A DNA stretch of 63,804 nucleotides, filler included, from Craspedostauros australis (lineage: Eukaryota): assembly GCA_030167865.1 (NCBI GenBank). It is 4 parts of 4 records of this genome, joined end to end, with 100 filler letters (N's around TTAATTAATTAA, not from the genome) between each part and the next. Parts side by side here need not be neighbours in the genome. Positions count along the whole stretch, not along the records: positions 23,634 to 54,986 come from JALAGF010004480.1; 3 more parts are not named here. One strand, written 5' to 3'. The notes under the pieces are model-generated. The model was given only the letters and a program-made list of their open reading frames with translations. It was not told the DNA's origin and did no database searches. Every line of letters starts with the position of its first letter. Within the stretch, counting starts at the first letter, position 1. The translations under genes were made by a program, and so were the position numbers. Positions 36,225 through 47,908 of this stretch are shown here, piece by piece.

Positions 36225-36792
36225 GGCTTTTCGTCATCAACGAGATGAAGGATTTATGAGATGATTTGGAGTCCGAGGAAGGAAGGGACGAACAGCAACA
36301 GGAACTGCTGCCATTCCTTCGCCAGCCGCCACCTTCATTGGTTTTCGCATGCGGTGAACGCTTTCCTCTTGTGTGGGTGGGCTTTTCGGTCGCCTCTTTT
36401 CGCAGCTGGGGTTGATGCCAGGTTGGGGGTGTCTTCACGATCGGTGGTGGAGCACTCGTATTGGCATGGTATCCACGAGTAGGTGGGTGACCAGGAAAGC
36501 GCCTGTCGTAGAATAGTAGAGTAGCCACGCGTACGCCGGTGGGTTGCTGCGTATGAGCACGCATACGACTATGAGTTGCTTGCACATGCATCACATGTCA
36601 TGGGTGGGTGATACTGGTGGCGAAGTAAATTGGTACTGGTGGCGAAGTAAATTGGTGGTGATGTTGTCTCTGTGGCCGTTTGCTGGAACTTTGTGTGCCG
36701 AGTTTTTTGTGGAAGAACAGAACAACGTTGTCGTCTTGATGTCGCTCAGAACGATCCATTTATGGAGCAACCTCGTATCACATGTCAACGGA

Positions 36793-36824
36793 ACTCAAAT
36801 TTATTATAAATAATAAATTTGAGT
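36793..36824. repeat. Perfect 15-bp AT-rich inverted repeat with a 2-nt spacer
   Basis: ACTCAAATTTATTAT-AA-ATAATAAATTTGAGT. Confidence 0.9.
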
Positions 36825-36916
36825 GAACGAAGGTGCAGTCGCGCCTGATCGTGACTTAAACATTAACAAAATATGGACATATTCAGAATCTACGAACAAA
36901 TCTGTCGGAGGATGGG

Positions 36917-37153
36917 ACAAGAACAACGAAAGCGCTCTGAAATGTCTGGGCATGCTTGGAGCATTCACAAGGATCCAAACACATCCAGGCACGCACAACA
37001 CGAAAGCCAAGGACAAGGCGGCCACAGAATTCGAAGGCTCCAGCACCTGCTCGATGAGCGTAGACAACCGCTTCTGTGAGGACTCTTCCCCTCGACCGCA
37101 CAAGGCGCAAAAATGTCAGAGAGAAGCTTTCTGCGCGGTTGGACGATGCCATT
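36917..37153. repeat. Dispersed ~240-bp repeat, copy 2
   Basis: Homologous to 26981-27221, in the same orientation. Confidence 0.93.
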
Positions 37154-37978
37154 GTTGCCACTCACGATGACAAGAGCGGCAGCCATGGCGCAATCTGAAA
37201 AGCAGTTCCGCCAAGGAGCACAACGAAAACTGGCAAGATCACCCCAGCAGAGTGTCTGTGGAGGTCTGATCGCCTCCTCTCAGATCCGCAGCTGATGGCA
37301 CTTCTTGCGAAGTGAAGGTTCTACAAATATCCAACATATGTTCGGCATGTACTTCGTCAGATGTGCGATGCCATATCGTTGGTCATGGATATACCATATG
37401 GAAAGCATTTACAATTCGAGGCCCTTGCGAAATCGTGGCTACACAGCATTTATAGCCTGTCCAGATGTGCGACATGCATTGCTATCATGACATCCACAAT
37501 AAGCCTACAGTCATCGATCATGGCAGAGAACACAAAAAGGCGAAGCTTTGGGGTTTCCGTTAAATTCGTGTTCTTCCACAGGAGTCTTCAAGTGTGTCCT
37601 TTGTTGTATTTGGAGTCTTCAAGTGTGTCCTTATATGAGTACAGGAAAGAAACCGCAAACAGTCGTTGAATCTGGGAGACCACAGAACAACAAATGTCGT
37701 TTGACTGACGACAGGTCGTCACCATCGACTCGACTCTACTCTATTCCCACTTTGCTTAGCTCGGACATCTCTGCGACTGCACTTGCCCTAAACGCCATAC
37801 AAAACGGGAACGGGTTTCTTTCTCCAGACGAAGGTAAATGCAATTGAGCACATGCAGACTATGAAGGGAAGGATTGGTGGTATTACATGCGAGTCCTCCG
37901 TCATTCAAAGGCTACCAGGTCTCCATATGCACCACTCGTGCCCGCGTGCCGACGTTTGCTCAAGCGTCCGAGGCTGCG

Positions 37979-39610
37979 TCATGACGAGGGCCCAAAGTAA
38001 GACCGCTGACGTGCATGATCATCCGGGTACACCTGCCGCAAGTTGATATTGATCCTGTGCATGGAAAGGTAGTGCTGCAATGCCGCATCGTCTTCTTTGG
38101 ATATGCAGGGAGCAACCGCACCGCCCACGCTGTCGTTATAAAGTCCAGCAAGATCATTCCAACGAAGCTGGCAGGAGCGGCCCCATTTGTCGTTGGCGTC
38201 AGTGGTCTCTTTTGCTGCAAGAACCGGCGGAATAACAGATGGCGGCAGCATCTTGGCCATTCCATGATAGTTCAATCGCACATCTCCGCCCATGCAAAGC
38301 ATGTCGCCGGGCCGAATGAGGATCGGCACAACGGGCTCATCGTCTTTGGTTTTTCCGCCCAGCAGAAAGATGGCGGGACAGCCAAGGCTGAGCGAGACGA
38401 TGGGCTTGTCCATGGCGATTTCCAGGTCATCCCGATGTCCGCCCATGAGAGATTTGGAATGGTAGAAGTTGACGATGCTGGCCGATGGTGTGAATCGATG
38501 GGTGGGTTCTGCTGGAGCTGCAGTTGAGTGGGGCTGCGTCGATCTTGCGTGGCTCTTGTCGTGTTCGTTAGCGTTGTGCCTGTGGCTGCCAGCCTGGTTG
38601 TTGGAATGCAGTGCCCGCATGCAGGCGGTGCCAAACATACGGCCCAGTTGGGATATAACAAACGGCATCGGTGATTTGCGATCCTCATTGTAGCTGCGGG
38701 CTGTCCAGTCGTAGTGGTACCCCATAGTAGACCAAGACAGCTTTCGGAAGGACAAGTAGGGCTTGGCGTTGTTTGGATCGTCGTTTCGTCGATGACGTTG
38801 CCTCAGTTGCTGCTTTGAACAGCGATTGCGCTCGTGATGATCGGAGGTCCCACCTTGCTTCGGCGATGGGCCATCCTGTCGCGATCGTTTGGAGGGCTGC
38901 TGTTCCTCCCCAAGGCTGCCAGCACCCACCGTGTCCAAATCTTGATTGAATCCATTCTGTCGCTTCCACAACTCCCACATGGTCACTGAATCAGACGAAT
39001 TGTCGACCTCGTTGGGTTTCGGTTTGTTGAGATGAATGTTGGTGGTGTGCGGTTGCTGACAGAAGGACGAGACAGATAGGTACGCCACTTGCCGCTGCAA
39101 TTCGGACGACATTGCCTGCGGCATGTACACCAACCCATCGAAACCTTTCAGACCCAACAGAGGACCATGATATGTGGAGCCGCGCGTTTGAGCTTGATCG
39201 TCGAGACCGCCGCTGGGCGAGGAGTTGGTCGTTGCGGGAGGTGCTGCAGCGGATGGTGCTGCTGATGCCGCTGTTGCTGATGATAATTGTGATGATAGTG
39301 GCTGTGATAGCTCCATGATCCTTTCATCTCGGTTCGCAGAATCAGCCGAGAAATCGACCAACTCGGACAGGAGGACTTCATCGGATGGCTGTTGCAGTTC
39401 TGATCGTAACTCTGTCAATTCCTGCTGCTGCTGTTGCTGCTGCTCATCATTTCGATGATGTTGATTCCGCTTCACTTTCTTCTTCTTCTTTGCTTGCGCA
39501 GGCTGCCCGAGCTTCCGATATCTCGTCTGGATGCGCTTGAAGCAGGTCCATGACTGGGAATCATTGAAAGTGGGCTTGTCGGGCTGTATCGCTGCTTCCC
39601 CTTGTGTCAT
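37979..39610 (-). CDS. ALKBH1: AlkB-family 2OG-Fe(II) dioxygenase, ALKBH1-like
   Basis: KLSWSTMGYHYDWTARSY, IVNFY...MGGHRDD (HxD), PIVSLSLG..AIFLLGG, YHGM and RININLRQV. Confidence 0.92.
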   Translation of the reverse strand: MTQGEAAIQPDKPTFNDSQSWTCFKRIQTRYRKLGQPAQAKKKKKVKRNQHHRNDEQQQQQQQELTELRSELQQPSDEVLLSELVDFSADSANRDERIMELSQPLSSQLSSATAASAAPSAAAPPATTNSSPSGGLDDQAQTRGSTYHGPLLGLKGFDGLVYMPQAMSSELQRQVAYLSVSSFCQQPHTTNIHLNKPKPNEVDNSSDSVTMWELWKRQNGFNQDLDTVGAGSLGEEQQPSKRSRQDGPSPKQGGTSDHHERNRCSKQQLRQRHRRNDDPNNAKPYLSFRKLSWSTMGYHYDWTARSYNEDRKSPMPFVISQLGRMFGTACMRALHSNNQAGSHRHNANEHDKSHARSTQPHSTAAPAEPTHRFTPSASIVNFYHSKSLMGGHRDDLEIAMDKPIVSLSLGCPAIFLLGGKTKDDEPVVPILIRPGDMLCMGGDVRLNYHGMAKMLPPSVIPPVLAAKETTDANDKWGRSCQLRWNDLAGLYNDSVGGAVAPCISKEDDAALQHYLSMHRININLRQVYPDDHARQRSYFGPSS

Positions 39611-40285
39611 CTTGGATCCGTTGGGAAAGAGACGAAGATGCGCGAGTCAAGGAAGTCCACGTCCACGATCGTGTGCACGTCCACGTTCATGCGCATACAC
39701 ACGCTCCTGTGCATCGCTCAACTGGCCACTCAACTTGTCTGGGTTTGTGCTCGATCGGCTCCATGCCAAGCAGGTGCTGCGCATAGAGTACCAGACGACC
39801 TGCGTAAGTACAACTCCCGATGTCGGCAGAGAGGCGCAGATCGCGTGAATCGCTGTTGTTTATGTTGTTTGTGGTGGCAGGAGGAATGGCTGTGGTTGTG
39901 CTTGGTTTGGTGTCAGAGCGTTGATGTGGAGTTGCCGTTGAAAAAAGCGAACTGCGCTCGTGACTGTCAAGATGTACGGTTAAAACACCGCATTGAATAG
40001 TGACCGTGAATCTGATTTCGAAACGGGCATCTCGCACATGACCGCATTGGCGAAACCAATAGCACGTTGTTCATCCAGGTTGCTACAGAGGAAAAGAGAT
40101 GCATTCAACTTGTCGATCCTGTGGCCTCCACCACGGCGCAGTCGTCATACCCAGACAGCGAGTATGAGGTAATCGTGATGTAACTGTCCAATCTACTCAT
40201 GTATCACTAGCTCGTAGTACTCCCAATCAATCTCTCTCTGTTCCTGCTTCTGCTCTCATTGCTGTCCACCCACTCACCCACTCAC

Positions 40286-40621
40286 TCACTTCTTGCTTGG
40301 CTGAGATCCTTGCTGCGTCTGATACTTCGACATGTACATCTGCACCACGTCCTTCCCCTTGCGCTCCCATTCCTGACGATTGGCCGTGGCGTAGTTCAGG
40401 TACTCGTCCGAAGCAACTCCGAAGACTCCACAGGTGGACAGCTTCTTGGCCAGTGGGATGAGGTAGAAGTCGAAGAATGACAGCTCGCCGGCATACCACC
40501 CCTCTGCCGGATTGGCACCATCTTCTCCAAATCTGCCTGCCAGGTAGGCTGCGTACATCTCATGGAACAGTCGTTCGTTCCACTTCAAGTACACGTGCCA
40601 GTGCTGCATCGTGTGCGACGC
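40286..40621 (-). pseudogene. Orphan terminal exon of a cyclic-nucleotide phosphodiesterase-type domain (cyclase/PDE family)
   Basis: SHTMQHWHVYLKWNERLFHEMY.AY..GR...NPAEGWYAGELSFFDFYLIPLAKKL..CGVFGV.SDEYLNYA..NR.EW matches the C-terminus of diatom cyclase-PDE proteins. It is preceded by a CAG acceptor, but no upstream exons were found before the next gene. Confidence 0.75.
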
Positions 40622-41254
40622 CTGGGTGAGATCCAAGAGGGGAACACAGATGCCTCCAACAACACAGATGGCCCCTTTGGCGTTTGCATGTCACACGATC
40701 ATGTCAACAGGTCACTTCTGTGGTAACTCAGCACCGGCGACGAAAAGCGCTCATCGCAGCCTTGCCATTTGCGCTATTGTCACTTGCCTGCTTCAAACAC
40801 CGGAGGCACCCGGCACCATCGTCGCTTCTGTCGTTTCATGCTCTCTCGACCTTGTGGCTCGTACCAATGGAGAGCACATGTATGGTATGTTTGTCTGTCG
40901 GCATGACCGGATCCCTCGCAGAGATAAAAAGAATGACGAGACATCACTATCCACACAAGCGTAGCTCATACATCAGAACATCGCTACAGCAGCATGTCAC
41001 AAGACTTGCGCTTGTGTTTACGTGCAAGCAGCAGCTATTATACGAGATACGTGTACATAATAGCCGCAACTTGTGATGAGGGGACTCCTCTGTGGTACGA
41101 GCCAAAGAAGCTAGTGTTGGTGTGTTCGATTCGACTATACGCAATCAGTCGTCGGTTCAATTGCAGACTACAAGTATTCAGACGACTCCCTCTCTCTCTC
41201 TCTGGAGACAAGTGCGTATCCATTGGAGCCATCTACCGGCAGACAGAAACTCGC

Positions 41255-42439
41255 TCAATCCTTCTTGCCTCCCAATAATTCGGCATCAGCACCTGCACTT
41301 CGAAGCGGACCAAAGATGCTTTCGAGGTCAACGCCGCAGCTCGCAAGGTCGGGTACCTTGGCGGATGCGCCTTGCCCATAGAAGTCCTCTTTCTCAGTGC
41401 TACCTGTATATGTGATGACGCACTTCATGCCCTGTGATGTGTGTGTGTGTGGGAGTGATGCGATTGGTGGCGTTTGTTTGTAGGAAGATAGAACGAAGAG
41501 AAACGAAATGGAACGGAGGGGAATGGGATTGTGGCAACATGAGGTGAGAAGCGAACCACAAGGGCGCGCGTGCACAAGTGAACACACAAATGAGCTCATG
41601 GAGACAACAACAACATGTTGAATTGGATGTGTGCAACTTACCGCCGCGACGGCCGCGCGCAGACCAACCATGCTATCCTCGATGACGACACATTTGTCCT
41701 TGCCCAACCCGATGCGCGTGCGGGCCTCGTTGTAGATCATCGGCGATGGCTTCTTCTCGGAAACGTCGTCGCCCAGTATGCAGACATCGAGCTGGTTGAT
41801 GCGCTCCTCCCCCAGCGTGACTGACAGAACCTTGGCAGCGGCTTCCTTTGTGGATGCGGAACACACGCCGACAGCGATAGTGGGATCTGCCAATGCCTCA
41901 TCCATGAGCTGCAGCACGCCCGGACGCGGGACGGCCTGTTCCGCGACGAAATCACGGTAGATGGAGGTCTTGTGCGTTTGGAGCTTGTTGATCAGCGCCT
42001 GCTGTGCCTCGGGCGTTGACGGTGGTGGCTGGGAACCCACCATGGGGAACTGCTTCGTTGTATTGCGAAAATGAAAGAACATCTTGGGCTTGCCACCGCC
42101 GATGGTATTCTGCAGCACGTCGTAGTACTCGACGGACCAAACGACCGGCTCTCCATCGATGGTCAATTCGGCAGCTTCGAATGCTGCGTTGTAGGCCAAG
42201 CGATGGAACTCTTCCGTCTCCAAGATGACGCCGTCGCAATCGAAGAGGAGGGCGAATTCCGGATTCTCGGTCGCAAACAATGAGGTTGAGGACTGGTGCC
42301 GTTGCTGCTGCTGCTGGGAGTTGACGAAGGACTTCATCATGTGCGAGTGGGAAGGTTGCGAAACGACGAATGCGGATGCTGAGAGGCAACAGCAGAGCGA
42401 TGCTGCAAGGGTCAAAGCGGTGGCCACGGAAGTGCTCAT
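41255..42439 (-). CDS. cbbY: Plastid-targeted HAD-superfamily phosphatase, CbbY-like; exons 42439-41642 and 41431-41255
   Basis: LLFDCDGVILETE.FHRLAYN, GGGKPKM, RPGV, KKPSPMIY and VIEDSMVGL.AA. Signal peptide ends SASA|F. 210-nt GTAAGT...CAG intron. Alternative ATGs at 42466 and 42475. Confidence 0.9.
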   Translation of the reverse strand: MSTSVATALTLAASLCCCLSASAFVVSQPSHSHMMKSFVNSQQQQQRHQSSTSLFATENPEFALLFDCDGVILETEEFHRLAYNAAFEAAELTIDGEPVVWSVEYYDVLQNTIGGGKPKMFFHFRNTTKQFPMVGSQPPPSTPEAQQALINKLQTHKTSIYRDFVAEQAVPRPGVLQLMDEALADPTIAVGVCSASTKEAAAKVLSVTLGEERINQLDVCILGDDVSEKKPSPMIYNEARTRIGLGKDKCVVIEDSMVGLRAAVAAVSCTHPIQHVVVVSMSSFVCSLVHARPCGSLLTSCCHNPIPLRSISFLFVLSSYKQTPPIASLPHTHTSQGMKCVITYTGSTEKEDFYGQGASAKVPDLASCGVDLESIFGPLRSAGADAELLGGKKD

Positions 42440-43075
42440 TGTCCTTCTTGATGTCGATGCTGTCATTGTCTTCATCCGTGTCTGTGCGTGTTTGTGCGTT
42501 CCTGCCTTCCCGCCTTCTTGCCTACGTGCGTCCGCTTCGTACTGAGTCAATGATGTCCTCAAGACGGATGCTGCAAGAACAAGGAAAGATGCGATGGGCG
42601 ATGGGGAAATGCAGAACGGTGTGATTGTTCTGAACGCTTGTCGATCACCATTGTGGCCACAACCACAGCCCTTCGTCCACATCGATGTTGTGGTTGCCCA
42701 CAATTTCGTGTTTGTGACGTTTCGAGTATCCATGGATTCGTGATTGAATCATGTGACGTCATCGTGCGTGATTGGACGGTTTCGCGCCAAGAACACTTCT
42801 CGCCAACAACTCCTCGACACGCGTCAACACAAATCAATGAGGGGCACCCTTGCGGCAAGTTCACTGTACTATACTAATAGATCGTATTCCTTTACGACTT
42901 GCAAGGACTGCGCCGAAACAAATGATGAGAGTTGAATTGAAATGCATGGCTCCCTGCTCTACATAGAGTGCTTGCGCCCACTTCTGGCTGCGCTTGCAGC
43001 TTCACCTGTACCGTACCGTGAGTGTGCTGGAGAGTACAGTACTCTCTGGAGTATAGTATTATGCTCTCGAGTACT

Positions 43076-44491
43076 CTATTCCGCTTCACCGCGCGCTTGC
43101 TCCTGCTGCATGGCGCCCTGCACCCCCATTTTGGTAGCGACGTGCGTGCGTTCGGCCCACGGCTTGGTCTCAATGTAATCATCCAGGGTCTTTTGCAAAT
43201 CCTTCTCGAAGTTTTCGGGCACGAGATCCTTGAGCCACGGCCACCGCTGCAGCCACACCATGATGGTGGTCTCCCACACGATGTGAATGTTGAGATCTGA
43301 GACGTCGCGGTAGAGATCCTTCATGAGGAGGGTGTCGGGATCGATGACCTCGTCGTAGACAGTGTCAAAGGTGAGGCCATACTGGTCGCAGTACTTCTTG
43401 AGGGAGGCATTGTACTGCTTGACACGATTCTGACGCCCCTCGACGAGGATGTCCTCCTCCTCCACGATATCTTCCTCGCCGAAGGGGATCGTTCCGTAGA
43501 CCGGCAAGGACCCGCGGACCTGGTCGTCGTTCAACGGCGATGGATAGATGCCGACGATGATGATCTTGTCGGCCGGCACGACGTCCGTGAGCGTGGCCAC
43601 GAATTCCACGTAAGATTTGGCGACTTGGTCCGTGTCCAGGACGGACTTCTTGATGTACTTGGTGTAGTAGTACGATAGATGCACGTCGACGGAACCAAAG
43701 CAGAAGACGAGGCGATCCGGTCTCTTCTTTTCGACGATATGCCGTATTTCCAATCGGTTCTCGTTTCCCTCGCGGCCGACACCCTTGGCGGATCCGCCCT
43801 TGAATCCCTTGACGTGGACGAAGTCGCTCTTGATGAGGGAGAAGAGGCGGATGAAGGAGTCACCGAAGAAGAGGGCCTTGGTGGCGTGGTGGAATCGGCT
43901 GCCAGGGGCATGGTTATACCGATTTGATTTGTTGTGGAAGCGGGAGGAGGATGCACCGGATAGAGAAGAAGACGACGGCGAGGATGACGACTTGCCCTTG
44001 TCCATCGTGAGAGTGTCAGGGTCTATGTTCCATCTGGATCCCTTGGCTGGCTTGGGCGCGTCAGCGAAGCCTCCTCCCTGACGGTGATGCTGATAGTGCT
44101 GGTTGTGCTGATGATTATCGTGGCGCTCGTTGCGATGGGACTTGCGGAAGTTGCTGAATCCATCGTGATCACTCTGGCGACGCGAGGACTGCCGCTGCGA
44201 GTCCGATTCTCCAAACGCCGCCTGCAACGAGGATGCTCTGCTGGAGGTCTGCGGACGGCTGGTCGTCGTGCTGCTGGTGGACGGTCTCCCCAACGATCCT
44301 CCTGGTCGCAGTCCTCCGCCTGGAGCTGGACTCGGAGCCGGATCTGGACTTGAAGACACAGTTGACGATACAGTTGACGATGCAGTTGACGATGCAGTTG
44401 ACGATGCAGTTGAAGATGCAGCCTTTGGCTTGGTGGGAGGCATGGAGCCCTGCTCGCCTCTCAGATGCGGCGGAACGTACTTGCCACCCAT
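43076..44491 (-). CDS. SGNH/GDSL-like hydrolase domain protein with a disordered N-terminus
   Basis: Blocks FFGDSF, GGSAKG, FGSVD and DLNIH. The N-terminus MGGKYVPPHLR is followed by an S/R/G-rich region. Confidence 0.8.
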   Translation of the reverse strand: MGGKYVPPHLRGEQGSMPPTKPKAASSTASSTASSTASSTVSSTVSSSPDPAPSPAPGGGLRPGGSLGRPSTSSTTTSRPQTSSRASSLQAAFGESDSQRQSSRRQSDHDGFSNFRKSHRNERHDNHQHNQHYQHHRQGGGFADAPKPAKGSRWNIDPDTLTMDKGKSSSSPSSSSLSGASSSRFHNKSNRYNHAPGSRFHHATKALFFGDSFIRLFSLIKSDFVHVKGFKGGSAKGVGREGNENRLEIRHIVEKKRPDRLVFCFGSVDVHLSYYYTKYIKKSVLDTDQVAKSYVEFVATLTDVVPADKIIIVGIYPSPLNDDQVRGSLPVYGTIPFGEEDIVEEEDILVEGRQNRVKQYNASLKKYCDQYGLTFDTVYDEVIDPDTLLMKDLYRDVSDLNIHIVWETTIMVWLQRWPWLKDLVPENFEKDLQKTLDDYIETKPWAERTHVATKMGVQGAMQQEQARGEAE

Positions 44492-45743
44492 GTTGCTCTG
44501 TTCCAATCGACTATATTGAATTGCTGTTCTGCTGAACTTCGTGCCTGTGCCCACTCAGTGAAAAGCTTGTGTCCCTATCAGTATGATCAAATACTCGTAC
44601 GACTATGAACTTGACGCCCCCTTGGTTGCTTGCCTCTCTTGGTTCCGTTTGTGTCGTCACCATGGCCATAACCACCGCCGCCATTGCGCGCGACAGGATC
44701 CTCGTTGCTGTGTTGTGTAATCTTGTTGGCTTCGTGCCAAAATCCGAGACTGCGTTCGATGGGGTCATAACCCAAGCTTCATCCTCATGTTGGACCTCCG
44801 CGACTAACAAGAAACTGATTGTTGCATCACTACACGTGGCATATCACTATTGGTCAAGTGCAGTTGGCATGTCGGAAAGACATTGGATGCCAAGTCCCGT
44901 TTTGGCAGTGGCTTCTCTCATGATAATGCGTGACTGCCGCCACAGGTCTCCGTTCATGTCGCAGTGTCAGTCTTGTGACCTCGGATGCCATAGTGCAGCC
45001 ACAAGACTTGAAAATTTCAAAGCCAATGCACGTATCAGGGTTTGAAGGTGGTTGTATTTTGTGAGGTCACACAACATCGGCAAAGGCACACGGCGCTCAC
45101 ACGACTGTGGAGAATCTCACACAAACTTGGCGGTGTCGTCGATGGAGCCGCGGAAACAAAATTCGCAGAAGTTGGTGGGTCGCGTTTGTTCTTTGTTTGC
45201 TGTTGCGATTGTTGTGACGGTTGTCGTTTTTGTCGGCTCCGCCGAATTTTGCTCATCTCCGTTGTGTGGTTCCTCTGCTGCGATTCCTCTCCGTGTTCAT
45301 CGTCTCCATCGTGTTCATCCTCGTTGTCATTCTTCTTCATTGCTCTGGATTCTCTCTCTTTGTCGTTGTGGTGGGCATACTATGCTCAAGCAAAATACAT
45401 GCGAATAGGTCGTAGAGTACGAGTTGAGTGCCAACAGGGAGTTGGAGGGTGACAATCGACGCAAGCATCGCACTTCGACACATACGATACCACAACATAC
45501 GATCCGATACGAAACGATACGATACTCTGGCCGATAGACCATTATACTGACTGATCCATCAATCAGAAACGACCTTCCGTGCTCACACTTGTTGGTTTTG
45601 GAGACAACGTTGGCATCAGGAGAGTTGAAGAATACTCCTGCAGCACTGCATGCTATTACGACTATATACTATTACATTCTATCATATATTCGTACGAATA
45701 GATCGCACAACAGGAGGGCAGCTGGAGCGTGGAGAGAAGCACG

Positions 45744-47908
45744 ATGGCGATTTCCGTCCCACGATCACCGCAGGAGGCGACCGCGACGACCTCTGCTACG
45801 AATAACAGCCATGGCAGCGGCAACGGGAACGGCAACGGCAGCGGAGGAGTGGCAGATTCCATCTGGTCGTCCATCCGGCAGCTGGAGGCGACCTTCCTGA
45901 AGGAGGACGATGGCAGCCACGACGGATCCCCCAGCAATGGCTATCCTCGTTCTGATGTCCATGGTGATGCTCACGGCAAGCAGGGCAGCAACGTGCAGAG
46001 CTCTCTGGAGCAGGTCATGAAGGCCGTGTTCGGAACCTGCGGCGGTGCCAGCGACATCGATGACGCGAACTGCGTGGGGCGCAGCGATGCTCACACTCTC
46101 AGTGACAGCAACCACGGCGACCATGATGGCGGCGGCAATGGCAGCAGAGGCAGCCCCACCAAGGAAGTGTCGTTCAATGGCGCCAGCAATCCATTGCCAG
46201 TTCGCCTGCGACAGATCGGACATCGACCGCAGACTCCTCACATGGCGGCGACAGGAGAAGCGGCTGCAGCAGCAGGTGCTGCGGGACGTGATCCCAATCA
46301 GCCTTATCGCAATCACAGAGGAGTGCTGGTCATGCCCAAAGTCAATGTCAACGTGAAGGTCAACGTGTTGACGCCCAACGAAGCGAGCGAAGCGGTCTAC
46401 CGCAATCTCCTGGACAGCGATCAGAAGAAGGCGAAGCAGGTCGTCAATCAGCTCCGCCAGCAGCACCATCAGGACGCCGCCTCCAAGAAGCGAGCCACGC
46501 CTGTCAGGGCCATCCTCGTGCCAGAGTCCGCCCAGGAGGCCAAGAAGCTCCTGGATATGCAGCAGCAGCAACAGCAGCAGCATACCTCGCGAGCGGCCAG
46601 CAACGTCTCTCCTTTCTTCCCCGTCTCGACGCCCAAGAAGCCACTCACCTCCACGGTCGCACCCACCGCCGCCGTTACCAAGCTTAACACCACAGCAACC
46701 GACACCAAGCCTCACACGAAAACCTACAACACCAACGCCAATGTTAATGTTAATGTCAATGGTGCTGCAAGCAACGCTCATGCCAACATCGACTTCACAA
46801 AGTCATCCTCAACGCTCGCTGCGTCATCCTTCGATGATGGCGTGTCCTGCATATCGCAACACACGCTGGACAACATGGCATCGCTCTACGAAAGACAGCC
46901 GATGCAGCGCGTCTCCTCCGACAGGACCCATGACCCCGCCGCCCCACCGACGGGAGAAGCATGGAAGGCGACGCTGCAGCGCAGACGCAGATTCCAGAAT
47001 CTCAAGACCAACAACGCCGCCAGACGTGCCAACGCGCACCGAATGGCCACCTTCGTCGAGGCTGCGCAACAGTCCCAACGCGACATCGATGCGGGTTCGC
47101 CCGCCATGTCCGGGGCCAAGTCCATCGGATCCATCGCCACCAAGGACAAGACCATCTTCAGCAAGTCCACGGTGAGCACGCAGACCACCCACGACTTTGC
47201 GTCGGCCTGGAAGAAGGACGAAGCGCAGTACTGGCAGACGGTCGTCGAGGAGGAGGAAGAACAAGCGGCAGTCGCGGCCGATCCCGGCGATGACGACACG
47301 GCTGCCGAGGAAACGCAGACGGTCGGCACCAACGATGCCAGCGCAAGCGGGAACAACAGCACGTCCTCCTCCAAGTACCAGAAATTTAAGAAGTACAGGA
47401 ACATGAGACGCAGGGCCAGTCCCAACCGCAGCATGGTACGAACGCTCGTTGCCACGTCGTGTCGCGTCCAGTCCGCTTCGGTCCAGCATGCTGTGTCCTG
47501 TCATGCTCTGCTTTGATGACACAACCATGTATTTTACTCTGCTCCATGCATGGTTCATTCATCAACTCATTCAACTTGTTGTTTGTCTTCTTCCTCTCCC
47601 AACTGCCACCACCACCGTCGTCGTCACACCTGCAGAAATCGAAACGTGATGGCACCATCACCACAGCCGGATCCTCCACTGCCCACACACCCACCACTCG
47701 CAGCGCACGAGAAGCAGAGGAACAAAACATCACGAGGCAGGAGATTGAGATCCGCCCGCAGCAACCAGAACCACCAAAGATTCAATTCCTGTCGCAACCA
47801 TTCGAAGCTAACTTCCCGCCAACACAAGAATATGCCATCCCATCGCACAGCCGCAAGAACTCGAAACCCATCTCCCGCAGACGGCCTGTGGAAGTCGCTG
47901 AGATATAG
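45744..47908 (+). CDS. Uncharacterised, largely disordered protein; exons 45744-47435 and 47636-47908 (~654 aa)
   Basis: Long coding-like ORF. A 200-nt GTACGA...CAG intron joins NRSM to KSKRDG in frame. Ends VEVAEI. No domain recognised. Confidence 0.75.
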
